The notes below the pieces were generated by a model. That model was not told the origin of the DNA, ran no database searches, and worked only from the letters and a program-made list of their open reading frames with translations. A stretch of DNA of 64,000 nt. Origin: Geosiphon pyriformis uo1 (Eukaryota > Fungi > Glomeromycota). Of the stretch, positions 25,231 through 39,454 are shown in pieces (the stretch's first letter is position 1; each line of letters starts with the position of its first letter). Made by a program: the position numbers and the translations under genes. Where the stretch lies: assembly GCA_016748015.1 (NCBI GenBank), contig JAAOMT010000617.1, positions 310,001-374,000 on the forward strand, in the 5' to 3' direction.

Positions 25231-28200
25231 AAATAAGATTTAAATATTATCTAATATAATATATTAAACTAAATATTTTAAACTAATTATAAATCATATA
25301 TTTACTATATATAACTAATTACTTAGACTAATTAAAACAACACTATGTTTTTACATATATAGAAATTATATTTTTAATATTTAAAAAAAATAAATACAAT
25401 TTGTGTATACTAAAACTAATTCTAAAAGTCTTAGTAATTTCAAGCAGCTTAATTATATTATTAAATAGCATAAACAATAGATCAGTAATAATTATTAATA
25501 TAGATTTATTATAGAAAATCAGATTACACTTTTTTATAAAAACTTAGTATTTAAAACAAACAAACCAAATATTATTCTTATGAGCCAATTCAAAATTATA
25601 TACAAAGTTTATAACCTTATAACTAACAATTTTAGCATTTTTAAAAACCGAAAAAAACTTATAGAATCAATTTTTAAAGACAATTTTTTATACATAAAAT
25701 AGAATATATAACAATATTAAAAAATACAAAGAAAATAATTGAAATATAGATAGTAATAACTTGTACAGATTAAATAATATTTTTTAAATAACTACATAAA
25801 TATTTAATAGTTTTTTATAAATTTTAACATCTATTTTACAAAAAAAATGTGGTTTAAAAATTCAATTTTTTTACAATATAAACACAAAATATTATAATAA
25901 TACTTATTATACAAATATTTATAAACAGTCACTAATAGTTTCTAATATAATATTTTTATAAAATAAAAACATATTTTAGTTGTGATCTTGCTTATAAACT
26001 CAATTATCATGTAAAAATTAGAGTATTAAACCAGTAACAATCAAATTTAAACCATATTTCCAAATTAATTTTATTATTAGTCTTAATAAATTATTTTTTT
26101 ATATAAGTCAAAAATACTATATTTAAGAATAAAATAGTTTTAACTAAAATATTAGCTCTTTTATTGTCCAAAATGTTTGAATAATTTTTGATTTTATGTT
26201 AATTAATATTTGAATTTTTTTGATAATATTTACAATATATTATTACTTAATTTAACAATAATTATAAAAATCTGATACTATTCAAAACCAATTTTGAATA
26301 GTATATATCCAAAGCAGTTTAACTGTCAAAAATTATTTCAATTATACAAAAAAAAAGAATACATTTTAAAACTAATACAATAATCTGCAGCTTAACTATT
26401 ATAGAAAAAACTAACCCAAATATCCTAACAACTAAACTCAAATTTAAATTCTCAAAAAAAACTATAACACCAGTTCTTATATTAGTAATATTCAAATCAC
26501 TTAGAAAATCATCAGTAAAAATAGAAAAACAGACTATACCAATACTAATAAGTCGATTATAAATTAAACTAAACTTACATAAATCAAAAATATTCAAAAA
26601 TTAAGAACTAACAACCAAAAACAATTTATTATAATAAGAAGTTAAGTTATTTAAAAACCAAATAACTAATACAAACCAACCAAAAACAAAGTTTAAAAAG
26701 TTTATTTTCTTTTAGTATTTAAAATTTTTTAGTAAAAAACACTATTTTTTTTATTATATAATTGTTTAATAAAAACAATCCTAAACTGTTTAAATAAGGA
26801 GAATATTTTAAAATAAACTGAATTATTTAAAAATTATTAATATCAAAGTTTTATTTTAAATTAAAATTTTTAACATAAAGAATTAACTAATGATAAATTA
26901 TAATTACAAAAAATATAAACTATATTAGCCAAGAAATTATTTGCTAAATTGATTTTAATATAAACTTAAAAATACAAAAGATAATAAAAAAACCAGCTTA
27001 AAATCTATAAGTCAAGAGATATATAATTAAACAACTGGCTTAAAATACTATAAACATTAAAAAAACTTAGTTCAAAAGCCAATTTATATTTAATTTATAT
27101 TTGTTTTAAAGTTTTCAAACTATATAAAGAAAAATATTAAATTATATTACTTAAAAAGTCCAAAAAAAAACCAAATTTTAATTTCAAACTTTTATAGATT
27201 AAAGTATTTTATTTATTACATATATTATTAAAAACAAAATTAAATTGGATTCTATAATTAATAATAGAATAAAGCACTACTAAAACTAAATACAAAAATT
27301 ACTTAAAAAAAATAGTTTTTTTAATATTTTGTTAACAAAAAATTTAATATTTAAATAAGTTTTTATTAAGCTAAGCTTTAATATATTTTTTATTAATAGA
27401 AAAATGCCTAAATATTTGTAAGTTTTCTTTTTTTTAGTAATTATAATTAACAAATTATTAATTAATAAAAAAAAATTCACAATTTTATAATTAATCAAAT
27501 AACTATTGTTTTATTATTATTGATCTAAAAAAACTTATTTATAATATTTAAAATATACTAAGTTATGACTTAATTATTGTCTACTTAAATTGTATTATTA
27601 ATAAATATACTAACAGTAAAAAAAAATATTAGACTTATTTAACTCTTAACATATTTTGTTTTAATTACAAATTTAAAATCAATCTTATATTTACACACAT
27701 ATTCCTATTTTTTGACTTTATACAAAAGAGATTTATAAAAAATACACTTAAGAAAAGAGAAAAAAACTTTATTTTAATTTAATTTATTATGTATATAATA
27801 GCTATTTGTTAAGCCAAAATCAATTATAACTTGATTAATCTAATTATTGTAAATACTACCAAAAACTTAACAAATCTGTTACATATTTTAACTTAATTTA
27901 AACTGTTTTTTAAGTGTTTTTAATTTATTAAATTATATATTTTATGTATATTTTATAAAATTAACCACAATTTATAAATTTTTTTTCAAAATATTCTTTA
28001 ATATTAAACCAATTACAAAAATCAAAAATTGTGTAGTTATATTCTTTAATATTAAGAAATTATCTTTATAAAAAATATTATATGTACTGCAAACTAAAAA
28101 AATTTTGTTAAACAAAATTTGGAATGAATTTTCTAAATAGTTTCAATTAGAGCAATAAATCTGATGTTAATTAAAACTTTTTTTTACTTATATAACTTAA

Positions 28201-29280
28201 AAATTATTAATATTCAAGATTTTTTTCAAGATTAAAGAACTAATTTATTTATTAAAAAAATTTAACAACAAATTTAAACCTAAAAAATCACAATATTTTC
28301 AAAATTTATTTGATATTTTAAACAAACTAAAAGTCTTTTATTTGACAGCTCTATTATAATACCTATTATTTTATTAAAACCAATCTTATTTATAATTTTA
28401 GAAAAAATATTATTAGCCATATAGTTAAAAACAAATACTGTTAATACTAAATATTTAGAACATTCTCTAATACTTTAAACTTCTTTGTTTATTTTTTTAT
28501 AATTAAATTTATCTTAGATTTAATTTTCTTAGATTCTAGAACTAGATTTTTACTATTTATTAAATAATTTAAAACTACTTTTTAAAAAAAACATTTTAAA
28601 ATACTCTTAATAATGTGGTTTTTATTGACTTTAAAACTTTTTTAATAATAGTATAAATTTTTATAATTTTAATTTGTTGAGATTCAGTAAGTTTAAGCAT
28701 ATAATACACTTTTTTGATCTTAGTTAACTTATATTTAACAGTATTAAGATTGATATCTGATGTCAAAAAATTCTAAACATAAATATTAATAATATAGATT
28801 TTATATTTTTCTTATATGAATATATATTTTGTTTAATCTATTACAAAAATTAAAAAGTTATTATAATATTTTTAAAAAAAATATAAAAAGTACAAAAGTT
28901 TTTTAAAAACAAATTTTATAAAATACAATATTAATAATAAAACAAAAAACTCTTCAAAAAAAAGTAAATATTAAAAATTTACAGATTAAAAATAATTTAA
29001 TAATATTAAAACTAATATAATATAATATATTATTATTAATAAAAAATTTATTTTATCTATTTAAAACCATATTTGTTTAATTGTTACAATAATAAATTTA
29101 TCAAAAAAAAATAAATCAGATAAAAAAACTTAGATTATACACAAAACTAAAAGTAAACAAATTTTTTTAATACTAATTTTTAAATAAAATAAAACTTTAT
29201 GTTTTTGTATTAACTATTATTAATTAAATATTAAAAAAGATATGTATTTATTTTTTAAATTAATAAAATATTAAATCAAT
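25230..29280 (-). mobile_element. Heavily decayed LINE (RT and RNase H relic)
   Basis: ORF 26319-26597 (SIFTDD, KLQII, IFDS) and 27286-27498 (YKYLGIFL) are collinear with the LINE at 31931-38730; 3' UTR relic near 25260-25345. Confidence 0.75.
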
Positions 29281-29331
29281 TTAATAATGCTGTTTTTTTT
29301 AATTATTATATTTTAACAAGTAAAAATGAAT

Positions 29332-29607
29332 AGTGTCTGGTTTGGCTTCAAGATTTTCTGCTAATGTGGTCAAATTGCTTGGTATCACTGAGATTTTTAG
29401 TATGCATTTTGGTTTTCACAAATTTTGTTTGTTTTTTTCAGATGTTAATAACTCAGCTTCAGTTCATATAGTTGTATAGTGTTGTTCTGATCGGCTCAAA
29501 TGGCTGGTCATATGTAGAAAGTACATGATTCATACCTATTTTAGATTATTTCTTTGATGTATAGTTATAGGTGGTGTTTGGACCTTACTCATAAAATGTT
29601 AATAAAA
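29332..29607 (+). mobile_element. Short 5'-truncated LINE insertion with TSD
   Basis: ORF2 end, 3' UTR and poly(A), flanked by AAAAATGAAT at 29322-29331 and 29608-29617. Confidence 0.85.
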
Positions 29608-29734
29608 AAAAATGAATTTAAAAAGTTGTTAAAAAATTATTTTTATTATTAAGTATAATATTTATAAATTACAGTTATGTTTTTTGGTTTAATCAATATT
29701 TTTTTTATTTTTTAATATTTAATAAACAAAATAT

Positions 29735-30625
29735 TTAAGAAGATTGAACCTGAGTTTGATGTAATTAATAAAAATATGTCAAAAAATGTAGATTGGGTTC
29801 AAATCTTTTCAGTTTGATATCTTAACTTGCATATGGTGGCTGGTTTTATAAATAAATTTATTACTGGTTTGCACTCATACTTTATAAAAGCTTTGCACTA
29901 TTATTTGCTGGTTGCTGTTTAGAAATATTTGTATAATAAGAAGTATTTTAGTGTGTTGTGTTTTTATTATAGGAAGATTGAAACTTCTAACTATTTTTTT
30001 GTATATTTAATAGATTTTAATGTCTATAACAATCTGCTTAAATTATGCTCAATTTAGTAAGGTGCTGTGTTAGACTTAGAATTGCCATTGTTTTATGTTC
30101 TGCAAATGCTTTTTTTGTGTATTTCTGATGATACTATGTAGACTGTTTTGTGTAAGAATTTTGTATTTAAGAAATAGTGCTTAAAAGCTGTATTTATTTT
30201 TAATAATATTAAAATTACTAATAGTAAGATAATCAATTTAATACAAAATTTGGAGATAGCTCATTGTACTAAGATATAGATAGTAAAAATTAAGTATAGA
30301 ATAGTTATGGAAAAAAAGATCTAATTTTGTTTGATATTTTGGTGTCTTTTAAGATCTGTGGTTTGTTGTTTTTGTTTTCTGGTGATGTTATTAAGTTGCT
30401 TAGAATTACAAAGACACATAAAATCAGTTTTGGTTTCAATAAGTCTTGCAGTTTTTTTTAATACAGATAGTGCTATAACTATTAAAATAGATTTATAGTA
30501 TTGCTCTAATTAGCCCAAATGGCTGGTCATATATAGAAAATGCATAATTTGCATCTAGTTTAAATTACTTAATTTGATGTATTATGCTAAATAATATTTG
30601 GGTTTCATTTATTAAATAAATAAAA
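29735..30625 (+). mobile_element. 5'-truncated LINE 3' fragment
   Basis: Homologous to 21535-22300 (FIKALHY.L.V, C..G.IE), followed by the shared 3' UTR and an A-rich tail. Confidence 0.8.
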
Positions 30626-31930
30626 AATATATATATTTAAATTAGTTAACAAAAACTTTGCTTTAGTCTATTTAAAAAATGTTATTGTATACTTAAAAAT
30701 TAATTCAATTAAATTTTTTTTAAATGTCAATTTATTTAGTTTTTTGATTATCTTATTATAAAAGATAAATTAAAAAAATTAAAAAGTTCAAACAACTAAT
30801 AAATATATATAAATTGTGTTTTTTTTTTAATTTAGTTTTTTATTATCAAAAATTTGTTAAAATTTTTTTAATCTATTTTTTTTAAATTAACTATTTAAAA
30901 GAAAATTTAATTATTATTAAAATATATATTAATAAAAGTTTTTAAGATTTATTATGTTAAATAATAGTTGCTAAATTATTTAATAAATAATATTAAACTC
31001 TTGATAATTTTTTTAATCCTATAATAAATTAATTAAAAATTTGAATATTAAAATAATAATAATTATTTTTAATTGCTTAATTTTTCTGAAAAGTTTGTTA
31101 AATTTTCCAAAATAAATAATAACAAATTTAATTGGTTTTTATTTTATGATTTGAAATTAATTTTGAGAAATATAAAACTTTATAATATTATAATCAAGTT
31201 TTTAAAAATGAGTTTAATAAATATTAAAGTTAGTAGCTTTTATTTATTTTAATAAATAGTAAAATAAAATTTTTATAAAGATTGTATTTTTTTAATATTA
31301 TAGTTTTTAAAAGATAATTATTAATTTGGTTTTTTATGTATTAATAAAATGTTTTTTTACAATTGTAATTCTGTTTTAAATTTTAAATTTTTGTTTGCAA
31401 TAAATATAAATTAACTAATAGTACTTTAAAATATTATATTTAAAAGTAATTACTAATTTACATAATTTTTAATTGTATAAATTTTTTTAAAAAGCACCAA
31501 ATATTATACTTGAATTTTTAAATATTGTTAACACTAATTTTATTGCTAATTTTATTATTAATAAAAGCTATTAAACTTTTAATAATATATTTATTTTCAA
31601 AGTATTTTTTATATTTTAAATTTATAAGATATTAAACTTATTATAAAATAGTTAAATTTATGTTAATAATTTTTAATATAATTATTTTGCAATAAAACTC
31701 AACATTTTTACAAAAATTTTTGATTGTAAACTTTTTAAAATAATAATAAAATAACAAAATATTGTTTTAATTTATTAATTTAAAAAAATTTTTTTTAAAC
31801 TTAAAATAATTAATTTTAGAATATTAATTTAAGTAATAAATTTTAAATAATAATTATTATTAATTTTTAGATTATTAAAATAGAGATTTTATTTTGTTAA
31901 TTTGTAATAATTAATAAATTTTATTTGTAA

Positions 31931-34900
31931 TTTTTTTTTTATTAAATTTTCATGAGTGCAATTCAACTACTACTTAAATACATAAAATCAAACAAGATTC
32001 TAATTTAAATATAGCTCATGTCTTTTTTACATGTGATCAGACACTCGGCCCAATTAAGGCAGCACTATGCACTCACAAGATTTGTTAAAGAAATATTACA
32101 TAAGAAACTGAAACCTAAACTAGCAATATGGAAACACAAACCAAAGCTCACATAAATATCCAACCTGATACTGAGACTATGAATGATATCACCAACCCAG
32201 AAGTCTGACAAATCAGCAACTGATAACACTGCAGATCCATCACGTGATAACAGATTGTGTTTCTCATAGAATGCCCTCAATTTGGCTGCAGATAACCAAA
32301 TATCTAACCTATGATTTTCTATAAAACCACAAACCAAATCGACAATCATATGACCACTAGAAGCAGAGCCAAAACACTGGATAGCATCAGCCATTCAGCT
32401 TTTCAACACAAATTTCTTGGCCAACAACATGTACAAACTATTAAATAAATTAGTTTCGCAGAGATAATGTGTCACCTTATCTCCTATAGCAAACTCACCA
32501 ACCACCTCGCACCACTTTTTCCTAATAGACAATAATATAGTTCTTCTGGTATTGTCATTATGTAAGCACAAAAATAGGTAATCAGAGTCCTCACTCATAC
32601 CACATCTAATGCACATCATGCTAGAATATCTGGAATTGTACAACCTCTTTCTCATAGTAACCAGCAGACAACAATGCAGAGATTTTATAAAATAGAACCA
32701 CAGAGAAACTGAAGATGAACTGGTATAACTGAAGTAGATTCTACCATCAGGGTACCAAATACTGAATGACTTGGGTGTATCAACTTTGCCAACATTATTA
32801 ACATCAACAATGCTAGTGCTACATCTGGAGTCCTAACTGACAGAATTAATGGTATTGAACAAATTTTTAATGAAATGATGTGTATTCCCAAAAACAGATC
32901 TGTTTTTAATCTTAAAAAAGCAATATAGCACATCCAGGAACAGCATAGACTTAGAGAAAACAGCAGTATTAGCAAAAAAATCTGCTCGTTTGTTCTTGAC
33001 AATGTCTGAATGTTTTTTGACCTTTTTCCACATGACTAACAGATTTTTTTTGAAATAACTTGACAAATATGCTCTTTCTCAATCCAACACTTACAGCAAA
33101 AATCAAAACCAGACATGTCTATATCAAATTTACAAATATTCAGCAATGTCTGACTATCTGTGAACAATTCAATTGTGCTAAAGACAGGTACACACTCCAG
33201 CACCAAAGTGATGGCTTGCAGCTCTACTAGTGTTAAGGACAATAAGCCAAGAACTTTACATTAATGCTAGCATTGGCTCTTAGAAAGTAAGCAGCAGTGC
33301 TGCCATAGACACTAATTGACCCTAAACTCTTAACAAACTCATCAATGTAAACTTCAATGGATCTACTTTTAAAGACCAACAAATGCTCAGAAGTAAAACC
33401 AACATCATGAAAAAATTTGGTGGGAGCAGAATAGGACATCACAGTCACGTTGATATCCAAACCACTATTTTTGACAAAATTAGTAACAGAAACAAACCAA
33501 GTAAGAATTGGATCTCTTGGGTCGAATCTTTTCCATCTGTAAAAGATGTTCCAAGTGAAGCACACACCATGACAATCTAAAAGTTGGCTGGCAAAAATGA
33601 GGCCATATTTTCTGAGAGATTTTCTAACACCTAAATAACCATCCAGGCCCAGCACATCCAAAATTGACACACCAGTTCCAGCCCAAAAAACATTAGAAAA
33701 CACACCACCTAAGAAGGTTTTGCACAAAGTAAGTATTCATGTAATGCCAGCCAAAAAACAATTCAAAGGATTAATAGGTAACGTAACCAGAAAACAAAGA
33801 GGATGCTAGGGCATCCAGCTGGCAGCCTGTAAGTTTATCACTCTGTGGTCAAAAAATTTGCCAAGAGTTCCACCAGTATTACCAAAATTGATCAGATTGG
33901 CCAACAAACTTTCAGAAAGCACTTGTTCAAAAGGCTTTAGGCCATATAATTCAGGATGATGCAATGCCATACTAGGAAAGTCTCTAGGCAAATTTGTTTT
34001 AAACTTAAGCTCTTTTCTTAACAATTTGTCCCATTTTTTACAAACACTCTTAGAGGCAAAGCTAAATTAAAGTCTATAACAAATGATAAACTGTAAAACA
34101 GCAGAAACCAAATACAAAAATTGCTTCTCAGTAATGGTTTTTTTCAAAACTACATTCAAAAAAAACTTGATATTATTATAAGTTTTGGTTAAACTCGGCT
34201 TAAAAAGGCCCTCAATTGCCAGATAGATCCCCAAATAATAATGAAACTTGCCTTTCTTAGCCACTAAGATTTTTAACCCACTAATAAACAGTTCAGCATT
34301 CTTAATATCTTAGTTGATGGGAATAGTAACAGTTTTCTCAGTATTTATTAAAATGTTATTAATAGAAAAGAATTTACTTGCTATGTTCAAGATATTTTGT
34401 GTTGCCACTAAGCAATTTCTGACCCAAATTGTGTCATCAACAAAGGCACCTGCAGCAAAAAATAAGGTTCTGTTATTACTTGGGTCAGGTTTGCCAGACT
34501 TGGCATAGAATCTCGAACACATTCAGTAGCCATATAATTGTTTATGTTTCTTGATTTTACAGAGCAATGGATTATAGAAAATATGTCACAGCAGTGGTAA
34601 AAATACCTTTCCTTGATCCAGACCATCATGCACAATGTAACCAACAGACAAACCAAAATCTATTATAACCCAATTGAATCGACTATTGTGTATGCTACTA
34701 AAAAAACTTATAAAACAGGAACACATTTTGATTCTGACCAGACTATTAAGCAAATAAGACCATCTAACAGAATTATAAGTCTTGCACATATTCTAAAAGA
34801 CCAACCACAACTCTCTGTTCTTCTTCAGAGCATTTTCAATAATTGAGCCAACAGCAAAAATAGGGAATTGTGTAGAAGTGTCTTTCAACACTGAAAAATT

Positions 34901-37900
34901 GTCACCATGCAAAATATCAAACTGGCTGCAAGCCAGAGAAATCCTGTCTGAAAAAATTTTAAACAAGATCTTCCACATAGTCTCAATTAGCATGATTGGT
35001 TTAGTATTAGTAAAAGTGCCTTTCTAATCATAAGGTTTAAGAATTATGGAGACCCAGGACCTTCTCCATTGCTCAAGAACCCCTCCAGATATCAAACATC
35101 TATTGAAAATACTTAAAAGACTATTGAGGTGTTTCTATAGTTCATTGAGAATGCCAGAAAGTCCAGTAGCCTTGCCATCTGGCAAGTCTCTGACAATCTG
35201 TAAAAGTTCTTTTATGCTAATATTACTCATAACCCCAGAAAATATATCATCATCTACATAACTTAAAAGAGCCTATTGAACATTTTAGTGACCTAACAGA
35301 GCACCAATAACCAAATGTTTCCTTGTCCAACCTTCCATTATAGTATTAATTGAAGACTTGATTGCCTAAGGCTCCAAGATAAGCTCATTGTCAACAATCA
35401 AATGATTGAAAACCACTTTCCTAAAGAGTTGATCTAGGATGCTATTTATCATTTGCTCCTTATCTGCACAAAAATTTTCCATGTATCTTGACACAGCCTT
35501 TCTGATAGAATCATTCTTGGCAACTTTGGATTCATAATACTTGGACCTATGGTAACCTCTTTTGATAACCAAAATATGACCTAAAATATTCTTAACCTTA
35601 ACATCCTTATCGATTATAATGCAAACTCTGGATGTCTCATTGCCATTTATGTTTGCCTAAGTACCAACCAAGTAGTCAGTCTCTAAACTCAAACCTGAAT
35701 TTAAACTACTAACAATTTTGGACATCAGTAATTTCAACCTGTGAAACTTAGAAGATGACTTGTTTCTTGCACTTTTAAACTCTTTAAACCAGAGTCTGGA
35801 GAATATTTCATCAGCAAAGTCAACCACTACCCCTTTAAAAATATCTCACATGTTGTCTAAATTACTACTGTGTTCTGCAACATAAAAATCAACTGTCTTC
35901 TTCAAAAATTTGTCCACAGAGCACTCCATAAAGCATTCCTACTCATTGACATCCATGCTCTTCAGCTTGAATTTCTAACAATTCTTATTTGCTTGTTTGC
36001 ATAACATCTTCAACCAAACATCCAAAAGCCCACCCAAATCTACTGAGACTAAGATAGCTTTGTAATCAATATCAAAAAATTCAGAAACAGAATTAATCCT
36101 ATGACTGGCCACAGCTAAAATTAGAGTCTTACTAATCAAGATATAATCAATAACTTTTTCAACACTCCTCGAGTTGTTCCATGTAGAGGCTTCAGCCAAA
36201 GGATGTTTACCAAAAAAATTGACTAAGTCCAGACCCAAACAAAATCCATAATTCGCACTTTTTTTAGAATTGCACTTATTAAAATCACCACTTAAGACAA
36301 CAAAACTGCTGGAATTAACTACCCGAGCTATAAAAAAATTAACACTGAATGTCTGTTCAAATTGTTCACCTGAAGAGGCACAAACATACAAGCCAATAAT
36401 TGAAACTGAAACTCTGCTTTTAAAAAGAAGATATACTAAAACAATGTGACCAAGAACTTCCTCTATCTTGGAAACATGTTGAGCCAAAAAATTGTCTATA
36501 ATTATTGTTACACCAGTCCCAAAAAACTCACTATTTAGACCAGATGTGAAAATGCGCACACCTTCAAATTTGTTCATAATCTATGGCCTAATGTTGGGCT
36601 TTAGTTTTGTTTTAGTAATTATAGACACCATATTACCTAATTTTTTGTGTCAACAAACAATATCTTTCTGCTTGGCAAGAACATTGATGCTCCAAACATT
36701 GCATGTAGCTATCTTTCATATCAAACCACTTATTGGGATGAAGAGGATAATAAAAGACCCAAACCAGCATATAAATAATCTAACTTTGCCAAAACTGAAC
36801 CAACAAAAGCCTCAAAAGCCACCAACTTAGATTCCAAACTGTCAATCTTGGTCATTAAGACCTTTGAACTACTCTGACTCAAGGCTGAAACACTAGAAGA
36901 AACAGAAAAAGAGGGTAGGAGTACCAACTCCAGACCATCCACAATCATATTCAAAGCCAAATTTTTTTTGGCAGCAATCAAGGTAGCCGAAACTTCAGAG
37001 GAGAAAAATGAAACTTATGGCACCAATTCATTTTGCTAAGCTTACACACAATGCCAGAAACTTGGTCAGTTAATAGCTCTAAGGATTGTTCTAAAGAGAC
37101 CAAATAAGCATCCAAAGACAAATTGTCAACTGAGATAAGAAGGATACCACCATTTAAACTTGAAGTGTTAAAGAAAGGAGAACCAGAACCAGAAGTAAAG
37201 TGAAAACCATTAGAGAAACCAGCAAGTGAGACCACCTGGATCCAGAATTTGCCACCAAAGACAACAGGACAAGATATTTGAACACTTTTTTTCTCATACA
37301 ACTTTGCCAATTAAAGATGACATCCATCAGATACAACCCTCTTAAATGTTTTTAAAAGCCTAAAAATAGATGCAACTGGTGCATTACATTCCAAAACAGA
37401 ATGGCCAAACTTTTCACATCTTTTACACTGAACCAGATCTATTCTTGTCCAAGAAAGTTTAATACTACCAAGAATTAGCTTCGTGTAAAAAGCAGATTCC
37501 AGATCATCATCAGAATTAAAACCAACCACAATACAGTGAGTCTTATTGCCAGTTTCCACAGATCTGTTTATGACACAAGTTTTTTTACTAGCTCTCTCCA
37601 AAAAAGTCTCAAGATCATGTGCCATTGTTCCCATTGACAAAGTAAATAAAAATGCTTTAAACTGATACTTAGATGCTCAAGTCTCACAATTTCCCACTGC
37701 TTTGGCTATATACACAGAATCTTTACCTATCAGGAATAACTATTTAAAGACCAACAAATCAGCTTGGTCTAATTCAATAAATTCTACCACAGCTTTTTGC
37801 CACATTCCAATTAATTGAATTTTGATTGACTTAATTTCTCCAAATTTGGATACTATAGTAACAATCATATCTTTAGACATATCTATGAGAATTTTCTTGA

Positions 37901-38730
37901 TTATCACACCCCAATCTGACCTTATTCCTTGTTTCTTAAGATTGCTGTTTACATTGATCCCTTTTTCTCTGACCAATGATGTGGCTATTTCCATGCTTTT
38001 TTCTGAAGTAAACATTAATCAGATAATCCCTTCAAATTTTGAGGGGATATTAGCCTTTCCAAAACTATTAACTGATGAAAAAATTTTTCTGATGAATTGA
38101 GTCTTTGCCATTGCTGATTTCCCTTCCACAACACTAAGATTAATGTCAAGAACAAAAGACTTTCTGACAGACATTTCAACTTGAGATTTGACAATTTTTA
38201 GGTCAACTCATTTTTTTTCAAGAGAGATTTTAAGAAAGGGGGGGAAGAGCCCATCATTTTTATCCATGCTATAATTGATTGAGCCAAAAAGGGAGCCACA
38301 GACCAGATTGGTATTCACTTTTTTTATTTTAGAAGTATTTGTTGCCAAACCAAGAAAAAAACCATTACCAACACCAAAAAAAACATCATTATCTCTACTA
38401 TCACCAGATACACTGTCCATATCCGAATACACATCATGACTAGGATCAGATTTGACCAAAAAGATATCTTTTTCATCTCCAGAATGCTTAATATTACCAA
38501 CAGAAACCCTTTTTTTTTAGAAGAAAGAATCCTCAACAGGACCATGAAGAACCCCTATAAGTGTCTTTTTTTTAGACATAGCACTACTTGAAGCAGCAGT
38601 CAGGTTTACCACAAAAAGATTATTTGATTGAGAAATGTTTGAAAAAGATAGCAAGAAAAAATAAAAACTTCTTTTTTGAAAAAATTTGTTTTTTGGAGTT
38701 TTTTGGAAGTAAAAGAAAAAAAAAGTTTTA
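31931..38730 (-). mobile_element. Full-length degenerate LINE (L1/Tx1-like): ORF1, then ORF2 with APE, RT, RNase H and Zn motif
   Basis: ORF1 ~38579-36730 with CKRCEKFGHSVLEC knuckle; ORF2 ~36733-32065 with KIATCNV, VLSGDFN, IDYILIS (APE), GLDQG, AFVDDT, YLGI (RT), ELQAI, FTDSQ, KVKKHS..N.RAD (RNase H), CIRCG; poly(T) 31931-31940; possible TSD near 31917-31932 / 38730-38743. Confidence 0.93.
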
Positions 38731-38799
38731 ATTTTTTGTAATTCTAGGCTATAATTTCTTTTTCTCAAAAAAAACTTTTCTTTTATATAGTTATAATAC

Positions 38800-39454
38800 T
38801 GTTACAGTTGAAACTTATACTTTTTATTAATTATCACATGTATTAGCCACTGATGTCATATAAATTAGCCACTCTATTTTTAGTAAGTAATCATTGACTT
38901 AGTTGTTGACCTAATTATTAACCATTTTTGATAGCTATATAAGTAATGAATCTTTTAACTGTAGAAAAGCATAAAGAAATCAAGGAAATCAAATAAATAA
39001 AATAACAACTTTCATCTCAATCCTTCTCTTATTGCTAATTTTTTTTTCCATACTTTCAAGTATCTGAACATTTTAAAGATAAAAGATTACTTGTTGGTTA
39101 TTTCTTACTTTTTTTCTGAAATGTGTAATTGCAACATTTGGAGATTATTGAATAAAACGTAACTGAAGAGCATATCTAATACTTGATATTGAATTCTAAG
39201 AGCGCCGACATAAAGCATAGAATTATACCAAGTATAATCATTTGTTGACAGTACAGACTATTCCTCTACTTTCAGATTCCCCAGTTATCTTTGAAAAGTA
39301 TAGCAACTGAGATATTTTATGAGACTAATCTCATATATTGAATTCATACTTATTCAATTCACTCTTTGAAATTGAATTCCCTTTGATTATTCCCATCATC
39401 TTACAATCCTGTTCTCCCTTGCTATCCATTAGCTTGTTACTCCAACCTGTAACA
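38800..39454 (+). repeat. 5' LTR of element B (655 bp)
   Basis: Direct repeat of 46309-47037. Confidence 0.95.
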
